From Gaiellales bacterium (GTDB lineage Bacteria; Actinomycetota; Thermoleophilia; Gaiellales; F1-60-MAGs149): a stretch of DNA of 41,614 bases. Made by a program: the position numbers and the translations under genes. Shown here in pieces: positions 27,484-37,331 of this stretch. Positions within the stretch are counted from its first letter, which is position 1. Each line of letters starts with the position of its first letter. The notes under the pieces were generated by a model. It ran no database searches. It saw only the letters and a list, made by a program, of their open reading frames with translations, and was not told where the DNA came from. The stretch spans positions 1 to 41,614 of the forward strand of contig JBMTER010000002.1 of assembly GCA_049433345.1 (NCBI GenBank), given 5' to 3'.

Positions 27484-28293
27484 GTGACCTTCTCGATCGC
27501 CGCCGTCGACCGCGCCACGGGTGCTGTCGGCGCGGCCGCGGCCACGCGGTTTCTGGCGGTCGGGGCGGGGGTGCTGTGGGCCGAGCCCGGGGTGGGCGCG
27601 GTCTGCACGCAGGCCACGACCCGGATCGCGTACGGGCCCGAGTGCCTGGAGCTGCTCCGGGCCGGACGTGATCCGGACGCGGTGGTCGCGCACGCGACGG
27701 CGGCCGACGAGGGCAGCGCGGATCGGCAGCTCGCGGTGGTGGATGCCGATGGCCGTGGCGCCACGTTCACCGGCGCGCGCTGCTTCGACTGGGCCGGCGG
27801 GCGCGTGCTCGGGGACGCCACGGTGCAGGGCAACATCCTGATCGGCCCGGACGTGCTCGAGGCGATGGCGGCGGCGTGGGAGGCGAGTGCGGGGCGACCG
27901 CTCGAGGAGCGCCTGCTCGCCGCGCTCGGCGCGGGCGACGCCACCGGCGGCGACCGGCGCGGCCGCCAGTCGGCGGCCCTGCCCGTGCGCCGTGCGGACG
28001 GCGCGGATCCCGTCGACCTGCGCGTCGACGACCATCCCGAGCCCCTCGTCGAGCTCGAGCGGCTGCTCGGGGAGTTCCGGCTCGTCTACGGCACGACGCC
28101 CACGGAGCAGTGGCTCCCGATCACGGGCGAGACCGCCAGGCGCCTGCGCGTCGCCCTCGGCCTCGGGCCGGGCGTCTGGGATGAGGAGCTGCGCGCCGCC
28201 CTCGTCCGCCGCGTGTTCGACGACAACCTCGACGGGCGCTGGGACGGCGGCGACCGGCTCGACCCGGTCGTGGTCGAGCGCCTGCTCCGCTAG
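27484..28293 (+). CDS. DUF1028-family protein (Ntn-hydrolase-like) with C-terminal peptidoglycan-binding-like domain
   Basis: The 269-aa product starts MTFSIAAVDRATGAVGAAAATRFLAVGAGVLWAEPGVGAVCTQA and has GGDRRGRQSAAL, the DUF1028 pattern. Confidence 0.75.
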   Translation: MTFSIAAVDRATGAVGAAAATRFLAVGAGVLWAEPGVGAVCTQATTRIAYGPECLELLRAGRDPDAVVAHATAADEGSADRQLAVVDADGRGATFTGARCFDWAGGRVLGDATVQGNILIGPDVLEAMAAAWEASAGRPLEERLLAALGAGDATGGDRRGRQSAALPVRRADGADPVDLRVDDHPEPLVELERLLGEFRLVYGTTPTEQWLPITGETARRLRVALGLGPGVWDEELRAALVRRVFDDNLDGRWDGGDRLDPVVVERLLR

Positions 28294-29405
28294 ACGATCT
28301 TCAGCGGCTTTCTGATGCGCTGCACCGGGTCCTGGGTGCGCATCCCGTGCAGCCGCTCGGCGAGCTCGCGGATCGCGACCGCGGCGGGCGCGTCGGGCTG
28401 GGAGACCGTGAAGGGCACGCCGGCGTCGCCGCCCTCGCGCAGCGCGGGCTCGAGGGGGATCTGGGCGAGCAGCGGCACGTCGAGGTGCTCGGCGAGGGAG
28501 GCGCCGCCGCCTGACCCGAACAGCTCGTCCCGCTCGCCGCAGCACGGGCAGACGCGGTAGGCCATGTTCTCGACGACGCCGACGACGCGCATGTTGACGC
28601 GCTCGGAGACGGCGGCGGCGCGCTCGGCGACGCGCTGCGCGGCGGCCTGCGGCGTGGTCACGACGACGGCCTCGCTGGCCGGCAGCAGGCTGCCGAGCGA
28701 GATCGCGACGTCGCCGGTGCCGGGCGGCATGTCGATCAGCAGCACGTCGAGCTCGCCCCAGTGGACGTCCGAGAGGAACTGCTGCATCGCCTTGTGCAGC
28801 ATCGGCCCGCGCCAGAGCACGGCACCGCCCTCGTCCATGAAGTAGCCGATCGAGATCGTCTTGAGGCCGTACGCGACCGGCGGCACGATCATCTGGTCGA
28901 CGGTCACGGGTCGCTGGTGGATGCCGAGCATGCCGGGCACGGAGAAGCCGTAGATGTCGGCGTCGATGACGCCCACCTCGAGGCCGAGCCCCTGGAAGGC
29001 GATCGCGAGGTTGACCGTCAGGGACGACTTGCCGACGCCGCCCTTGCCGGAGGCGACGGCGATCACGCGGGTCCGCGGCGACACGGAGAGCTCGCCGGCG
29101 GGTGCCGGCGGGCGGCCGCCGCGCAGGCGCGTGGCGAGCTGGGCGCGCTCGTCCTCGGTCATGCTCGTGAAGTCGACGTGGACGCGGGTCACGCCGTCGA
29201 CCGCGCCGACCTCGCGGCGCACGTCCTGATCGATCGTGGCCTTCAGCGGGCAGCCGGGGATCGTCAGCGCGACGCCGACGGTGACGGCGCCGTCCGCCTC
29301 GATCCCGATGCCGCGCACCATCTGCAGCGTGACGAGGTCCTGCTTGAGTTCGGGATCGATGACCCGGGTCAGCGCGTCGCGGACCTGCTCCTCGGTGATC
29401 GCCAT
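28290..29405 (-). CDS. Mrp/ApbC/NBP35-family Fe-S cluster carrier ATPase with N-terminal DUF59 domain
   Basis: The 371-aa product has a DUF59 segment (VIDPELKQDLVTLQMV...PGCPLK), a deviant Walker A (ASGKGGVGKSS) and CPCCGE (CxxC). Confidence 0.9.
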   Translation of the reverse strand: MAITEEQVRDALTRVIDPELKQDLVTLQMVRGIGIEADGAVTVGVALTIPGCPLKATIDQDVRREVGAVDGVTRVHVDFTSMTEDERAQLATRLRGGRPPAPAGELSVSPRTRVIAVASGKGGVGKSSLTVNLAIAFQGLGLEVGVIDADIYGFSVPGMLGIHQRPVTVDQMIVPPVAYGLKTISIGYFMDEGGAVLWRGPMLHKAMQQFLSDVHWGELDVLLIDMPPGTGDVAISLGSLLPASEAVVVTTPQAAAQRVAERAAAVSERVNMRVVGVVENMAYRVCPCCGERDELFGSGGGASLAEHLDVPLLAQIPLEPALREGGDAGVPFTVSQPDAPAAVAIRELAERLHGMRTQDPVQRIRKPLKIV

Positions 29406-29414
29406 GCCCGAAGG

Positions 29415-30701
29415 CTACCCGTTCGCCGGCTGGGGGCCATCGAGGGTGCGGATCACGAGCCCGTCGAGGGTCTTGGGGTAGAAGTAGGTGCTCTTCTGCG
29501 GCATCACGTCGCCGGCCAGCGCCACCGCCTCGACCTCGCGCACCGAGGGCGCGCGGAGGATGAAGGCCACGTCGCCGGACTCCTCGACCTTGGCCGCGGC
29601 GTCATCCGAGTAGGCGGTGTAGCGGATGCGGTCGGTGGTGGCGACCACGTCGGCGGTGAGGCCGAGCAGGGGGCCCAGGATGCGGTCCTGCAGCAGCACC
29701 GCGTCGATCCGCTGGAGAGGGGTGGTGGCGCGCTCGCCCGGGGGCGCGGACACGAGCAGCGGCGGGTGGTCGCGACGGACGAGGCCGAAGACGCCATGGT
29801 CGTGGGGGATCGGCGCCATCGCCTGCTCGAGCTGGACCATTCCGTCGCCCGCCTCGCGCACCTCGAATCCGGCGGCGGCCAGTCGCTCGGGCAGGGCCGC
29901 CTGGTCGGCAGGGGCGATGCCGCCGACGATGCGGTGGATCGGGAAGATCACGAGGCCCGGGCTGGCGCCGTTCGTGAGGTACATCATCATCGCGTTCGCC
30001 GAGGGGTCCTCGGGGTGCTGGTCGCGGTAGGCGAGCGCCGTCGCGTAGCGATGGTGGCCGTCGGCGATCAGCAGGCGCCGGGAGGCGAGGGTCGCGTGGA
30101 TGCGGTCCGTGATCTCCGACTCGGGCACGCGCCAGAGGCGCAGGTGCGTGCCGTGGTCGTCGGTCAGGTCGATCACGGGCGTCGGCTGCGAGCCGGCGCG
30201 CAGCGCCGCGTCGATCTCGCCGTCGGGATCGTCGTAGGTGACGAGGATCGGCGAGGGCTGGGCGTGCGTCGTGCGCAGGAGCTGCAGGCGGTCCTCGACG
30301 ATGCTGGGCATCGTGCGCTCGTGCGGGAGGATCGTGCCGTCGCCGGTCGGCAGCCCGACGAGCGCGATCATGCCCACGCGCACCCGCTGGACGCCGTCGG
30401 GACCGGTGAAGGTCTCCTCGGTGCGGTAGAGGCACGGCTGCTCCTCCTGCACCAGGGTGCCGTCCTCGCGCCACTCGTCGAGCAGGCGCCGCGCGTTCTC
30501 GGCACGGCCGACGTCGGGCAGGATCAGGCGCACGACGTTGCGGTTCGAGCGCGCCACGAGCCGCATCCGGTCGGCCATGGTGATCACGTCATACGGCGGC
30601 GCCACCACCGAGAAGGCGGGGTGGCGGGCCGGGTCGTAGCGCAGCCCGCGGAACGGGCGCACGTGGAGGGGCTCGGCGGGAGTGCCCATCGGGGTCGCCA
30701 T
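29415..30701 (-). CDS. DUF1015 domain-containing protein
   Basis: These are the C-terminal 428 aa of the 838-aa track ORF. The product has VRPFRGLRYD...VVAPPYDVI...ILPHERT...IADGHHRY...MPQKSTYFYPK. It lies 9 nt upstream of mrp on the same strand. Confidence 0.8.
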   Translation of the reverse strand: MATPMGTPAEPLHVRPFRGLRYDPARHPAFSVVAPPYDVITMADRMRLVARSNRNVVRLILPDVGRAENARRLLDEWREDGTLVQEEQPCLYRTEETFTGPDGVQRVRVGMIALVGLPTGDGTILPHERTMPSIVEDRLQLLRTTHAQPSPILVTYDDPDGEIDAALRAGSQPTPVIDLTDDHGTHLRLWRVPESEITDRIHATLASRRLLIADGHHRYATALAYRDQHPEDPSANAMMMYLTNGASPGLVIFPIHRIVGGIAPADQAALPERLAAAGFEVREAGDGMVQLEQAMAPIPHDHGVFGLVRRDHPPLLVSAPPGERATTPLQRIDAVLLQDRILGPLLGLTADVVATTDRIRYTAYSDDAAAKVEESGDVAFILRAPSVREVEAVALAGDVMPQKSTYFYPKTLDGLVIRTLDGPQPANG

Positions 30702-30749
30702 CGTATCGGCGCTCGCCCATCCGCCCTGCCACCCGCCTAGACTCACGAC

Positions 30750-31619
30750 ATGGCCGCCGATGCGCGCACGTCCGTCTCCGAGCTCGTCGAGGGGCAGCTC
30801 GTGGACTCCACCTTCGCGGTGCTGCGCAAGGATCGCCGGCGCACCCGCACGGGCAGCCCGTACCTCGCGCTCGAGCTGGCCGACCGCACGGGCCGCGTGC
30901 GCGCCACCGTGTTCGACGACGCGCCGATCCTCGACGGGCGCTTCGCCGCGGGCGACGTCGTCCGCGTCCTCGGCTCGGTCGAGTCGTTCCGCGGGCGACC
31001 GCAGATCGTCGTGCGCTCCGTCGAGCGGGTCGAGGCGGATGCCGACGCGCTCGACTTCGTGCCGGGTGCGCGTCGCGATGTCGACGACCTCGAGGGGTTC
31101 CTCGAGTTCCTGGCCGAGGAGATACCCGACCCGGCACTGCGCGACCTGGCCCGCGCCGTCCTCGCCGACGACGCGCTCCGGACCGCGTTCCGGGCGGCGC
31201 CGATGAGCGTGGAGCACCATCACGCCTACGCCGGCGGCGCGATCCAGCACACCGTCGCCGTCGCCACCGCCTGCCGCGAACTCGGCCTGCTGCATCCGCG
31301 CCTCGATCCGTCGGTGGTCGGCTGCGCGAGCCTGCTCTTCGCCGTCGGCGCCGCCGACGCCTTCGTGCCCGGCCCCGTCCTGCAGCAGTCGGAGGAGGGG
31401 CGGCTGCTCGGCATCGCGCGCCTGTCGGCGCGTCGCGTCGAGCGCGCAGCCGACGCGCTCGGGACGCCGCGCGAGCGGGTCGTCGCCGTCCTGCACTGCA
31501 TCGACGCCGACCAGGCGCGCACGCCCGAGGCGGCCTGCCTGCACGGCGCCGTCGCCCTCGACGCCGCGGTCAGCACGGCCCTGGCACGCGAGGCGGGCCG
31601 AGCCGCTCGGGCTGGGTAG
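30750..31619 (+). CDS. OB-fold nucleic-acid-binding plus HD-domain protein (YhaM-like 3'-5' exoribonuclease family)
   Basis: The 289-aa product has an N-terminal OB fold (FAVLRKDRRRTRTGSPYLALELADRTGRVRATVFD) followed by HHHAYAGGAIQHTVAV (HD region). Confidence 0.65.
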   Translation: MAADARTSVSELVEGQLVDSTFAVLRKDRRRTRTGSPYLALELADRTGRVRATVFDDAPILDGRFAAGDVVRVLGSVESFRGRPQIVVRSVERVEADADALDFVPGARRDVDDLEGFLEFLAEEIPDPALRDLARAVLADDALRTAFRAAPMSVEHHHAYAGGAIQHTVAVATACRELGLLHPRLDPSVVGCASLLFAVGAADAFVPGPVLQQSEEGRLLGIARLSARRVERAADALGTPRERVVAVLHCIDADQARTPEAACLHGAVALDAAVSTALAREAGRAARAG

Positions 31620-31629
31620 ACTGCGCCGC

Positions 31630-33291
31630 GTGCGCATCGCGCTCGCCCAGCTGAACCCGACGGTCGGGGACCTCGCCGGCAACGCGAGCCGGATCGCGGA
31701 CGCCGCGGCCCGGGCGGCGGCGCTCGGCGCCGATCTCGTGGTCGCGCCGGAGCTCGCGATCAGCGGGTATCCGCCGGAGGACCTCGTGCTGCGGCCCGCG
31801 TTCGTGCGCGACTGCGAGGCCGCCGTCGCCGAACTCGCCGGACGGGTCGCGGTGCCGCTGGTGGTCGGATCGCCGTCGGGCGGGCCGGACGGGGTGCGCA
31901 ACAGCGCGTTCGTGCTGGCCGGCGGCCGCATCGTCGCGCGCTACGACAAGATGGCGCTGCCGAACTACAGCGTCTTCGACGAGCAGCGCACGTTCCGGCC
32001 GGGCGACGGGCCGCTGCTCGTCTCGGTCGGCGATGCCCTCGTCGGCATCACGATCTGCGAGGACATCTGGGTGCAGGACGGCCCGGCGCACGCCGCGGCG
32101 CGCGGCGGCGCGTCGCTCGTCGTGAACCTGTCCGCATCCCCGTACCACCTCGGCAAGGGCGCGCAGCGCGACGGCCTCGTGCAGGCCTTCGCGCGCGAGG
32201 AGGGCTGCGCCGTCGCGTACGCGAACCTCGTCGGCGGCCAGGACGAGCTGGCCTTCGACGGGCGCAGCCTCGTCCACGACGCGACGGGCGCGCTGGTCGC
32301 GCGGGGCGCCTTCTGCGCGGAGGACCTGGTGGTCTGCGACCTCGACCTGCCGAGCGGTCGCGGCGCGGGCGCGATCGCGATCGCCGCCGATCTGCCCGTC
32401 GCCGAGCACGCCGATCGCTGCACGCCGGTCGTCGCGTCCCTGCCCGTGTCCGAGTTGGATGAGCTGTGGCGGGTGCTGGTGCTGGGGCTACGCGACTACG
32501 TCGACAAGAACGGCTTCTCCGCGGTGCTCCTGGGCCTGTCGGGTGGGATCGATTCGGCGTTGACGGCCGCGCTCGCGGTGGATGCGCTGGGCGCGGGGCG
32601 GGTGCAGGCGGTGTCGATGCCGACGCGGTTCAACCTGGAGGAGACGCGGTCGGATGCGCGGGTGGTGGCGGAGAACCTCGGCGTGGGGTTTCGCGAGCTG
32701 CCGATCGAGCATCTGCGCCTCGCGTTCCACGATCTCCTGCCGGAGGTCGACGGGTTGGCGGGGGAGAACCTGCAGGCGCGCCTGAGGGGCGTGATCCTGA
32801 TGAGCCTGTCGAACCAGCATGGGTGGCTGGTGTTGACGACGGGCAACAAGAGCGAGGTCGCCACGGGGTACTCGACGTTGTATGGGGATTCGGTGGGGGG
32901 CTTCGCGCCGATCAAGGACGTCCCGAAGACGCTGGTGCATGCGTTGTCGCGGTACCTGAACGAACGGGAGGGGCGCGAGGTGATCCCGTGGTCGACGATC
33001 GAGCGGCCGCCGACGGCGGAGCTCAGGGAGGGGCAGCGCGACGACCAGTCGCTGCCGCCGTACGAGGTGCTCGATCCGGTGCTGCACGCGTACATCGAGG
33101 AGCGGATGGGGCCGCACGAGATCGCCCGTGCGGGGTTGTGCGACCTCGAGCTCGCGCTGCGCATCGCCGGCCTCGTCGACCGGGCCGAGTACAAGCGCCG
33201 GCAGGGCGCGCCCGGGCTGAAGGTGCATCCGATCGCGTTCGGCCGGGACCGCCGGATGCCGATCACGAACCGCTACCGCGAGGAGCCATGA
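31630..33291 (+). CDS. nadE: glutamine-dependent NAD+ synthetase
   Basis: The 553-aa product starts at GTG. It has an N-terminal CN-hydrolase domain (APELAISGYPPED, ICED) and a C-terminal ATP-PPase domain (GLSGGIDS, TGNKSE). Confidence 0.95.
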   Translation: MRIALAQLNPTVGDLAGNASRIADAAARAAALGADLVVAPELAISGYPPEDLVLRPAFVRDCEAAVAELAGRVAVPLVVGSPSGGPDGVRNSAFVLAGGRIVARYDKMALPNYSVFDEQRTFRPGDGPLLVSVGDALVGITICEDIWVQDGPAHAAARGGASLVVNLSASPYHLGKGAQRDGLVQAFAREEGCAVAYANLVGGQDELAFDGRSLVHDATGALVARGAFCAEDLVVCDLDLPSGRGAGAIAIAADLPVAEHADRCTPVVASLPVSELDELWRVLVLGLRDYVDKNGFSAVLLGLSGGIDSALTAALAVDALGAGRVQAVSMPTRFNLEETRSDARVVAENLGVGFRELPIEHLRLAFHDLLPEVDGLAGENLQARLRGVILMSLSNQHGWLVLTTGNKSEVATGYSTLYGDSVGGFAPIKDVPKTLVHALSRYLNEREGREVIPWSTIERPPTAELREGQRDDQSLPPYEVLDPVLHAYIEERMGPHEIARAGLCDLELALRIAGLVDRAEYKRRQGAPGLKVHPIAFGRDRRMPITNRYREEP

Positions 33292-34049
33292 TGCTGATCC
33301 ACCGCACCACCGACCCGAACTGGCTCGCCAACGCCTACGTCGTCGCCCGGGAGGACGGCGGGGCCGCGCTCTGGATCGACGGCAACGGCGACCACGACGA
33401 GCTGCATCGATTCGTCGAGGAGCACGGCCTGCGCATCGAGGGGATCCTGCTGACGCACCATCACGCCGACCACATCGAGGGCCTCGATCGCGTCCGCGAG
33501 CGTTACGGCGCGCCCGTCCATGCCAGCGCGCGGACGGCCGAGCTGATCCGGGCGGACGGCGCCTACACCGGTCCGATCGACGTCGAGCTCGCCGAGGACG
33601 CCGCCTTCGAGCTCGCCGGGATGGAGATCCGCTGCGTTCCCACGCCGGGGCACGCCGGCGGGCACCTCGCCTACCGGATCGACGACGCCGACGTCTTCAC
33701 CGGCGACGTGCTCTTCGACGGCACCGTCGGCGGCACGCGTGCCCCGGGCCACACCGATCTCGCGGATCTGCGGGCGTCGCTCGGCCGACTGCTCGACCTG
33801 CCCGACGAGACGGTCGTGCACCCGGGCCACACGACGCCGACCACGATCGGCGCCGAACGCGCGCGCAACCCGTTCGTGCGCTACCTGCGCGGCGACGATG
33901 CCGCCCTCGACGAGTCCGTCACCGCCTGGGGGGAGCCGGCCACGCTGCTGGTCTGGGGTCCCGACTACGACGGTGGCCACAAGGCCCTCGTGCGCTGGGC
34001 CGACGGGTCGGAGGACATCGTCGGCGGCAGCCGCGTCGAACGCGGCTGA
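33288..34049 (+). CDS. MBL-fold metallo-hydrolase (glyoxalase II-like)
   Basis: The start forms an ATGA overlap with nadE. The 253-aa product has THHHADH, TPGH and an HPGH-type late histidine. Confidence 0.8.
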   Translation: MMLIHRTTDPNWLANAYVVAREDGGAALWIDGNGDHDELHRFVEEHGLRIEGILLTHHHADHIEGLDRVRERYGAPVHASARTAELIRADGAYTGPIDVELAEDAAFELAGMEIRCVPTPGHAGGHLAYRIDDADVFTGDVLFDGTVGGTRAPGHTDLADLRASLGRLLDLPDETVVHPGHTTPTTIGAERARNPFVRYLRGDDAALDESVTAWGEPATLLVWGPDYDGGHKALVRWADGSEDIVGGSRVERG

Positions 34050-36446
<2,397 letters not shown>

Positions 36447-36471
36447 TCCGCATGCGCTCGGGTCGGCCAGA

Positions 36472-36481
36472 CCCCCCCCCC
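36472..36481. repeat. C10 homopolymer in the katG / amidotransferase convergent spacer
   Basis: The tract was read directly and is confirmed by GLGGGVW in the antisense track ORF. Confidence 0.9.
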
Positions 36482-36494
36482 GAGCCCCTGCGGG

Positions 36495-37241
36495 TCAGAC
36501 GCGGGTGTCCGCTCGTCGGCGGGCCGCCGCGACGAGATCTCGGAATGGTCCGAGCCATCGGGCGTCACGCCGCCACATGAATTCGTTGTGCCACTGCAGG
36601 CCGACCGCGTAGGGCGCATCGGGAGCGCTCTCCGTCGCCTCGATCACCCCATCCGCGGCACGGGCCACGGGGCGTAGCCGTTCGCCGGTGCGCGCGACGG
36701 CCTGGTGGTGGAAGGAGTTGATCAGGGGCGCGCCATCGCCGATCCAGCCGGCGAGGCGGCTGGACGGCTCGACCTCGATCGGGTGCCAGTGGTCGCCGGG
36801 CTCGGCCTCGGCGAGCGTCTTCCAGTCGACCATGTGCGTCTGCGCGGCCTCCACCTGCGACGGCACGTCCTGGACGAGCGTGCCGCCGTCCGCCACGGCC
36901 AGCACCTGGCTGCCGCGGCAGATGCCGAGGATCGGGACGCCCTGCTCGAGGGCGGCGCGCGCGAGCGCGAGCTCGAACGCGTCGTGGGCCGCGGGCACCG
37001 TGTTGACCGTCGGGTGGCGTTCCTCGCCGTAGTGCGCGGGGTCGACGTCCTCGCCACCCGAGACGAGCACGCCGTCGAGGTCGGCGATCAGGTCCGGCAC
37101 GGCGTCCGGTGGGGTGTCCCGGGGCAGGGCGACCACGATCGCGCCCTCCCGGGACAGCGGCTCGCGCAGGTTGCGCTCCACCGGCAGGAGCAGCGGATCG
37201 TCGAGCTCGAGGGTGATGCCGATGCGGGGACGACGGGCCAC
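36495..37241 (-). CDS. class I glutamine amidotransferase / peptidase C26 (gamma-glutamyl-GABA hydrolase PuuD-like)
   Basis: The 248-aa product starts at GTG. It has the nucleophile motif GICRGSQ and SFHHQAV. Confidence 0.8.
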   Translation of the reverse strand: MARRPRIGITLELDDPLLLPVERNLREPLSREGAIVVALPRDTPPDAVPDLIADLDGVLVSGGEDVDPAHYGEERHPTVNTVPAAHDAFELALARAALEQGVPILGICRGSQVLAVADGGTLVQDVPSQVEAAQTHMVDWKTLAEAEPGDHWHPIEVEPSSRLAGWIGDGAPLINSFHHQAVARTGERLRPVARAADGVIEATESAPDAPYAVGLQWHNEFMWRRDARWLGPFRDLVAAARRRADTRV

Positions 37242-37331
37242 ATCGGCACGCTACCCGAGCGGCCGGCGTGGGGGTAGCCCCTCGACCTTCGCCGAAGCCT
37301 GCGGTATCGGTCACGCTATCCGTCGTCGCCG

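Noticed and set aside
29415-31931. An 838-aa ORF contains the DUF1015 protein.
   Set aside because: Only the C-terminal 428 aa (from 30701) are DUF1015-like. The N-terminal 410 aa are antisense to the YhaM-like gene and the nadE start, and are low in complexity.
37249-37279. A 7-bp inverted repeat, GCTACCC-N15-GGGTAGC, lies in the amidotransferase/MMPL divergent spacer.
   Set aside because: The arms are short and there is no adjacent regulator gene. A repeat like this is easily expected by chance at this G+C content.
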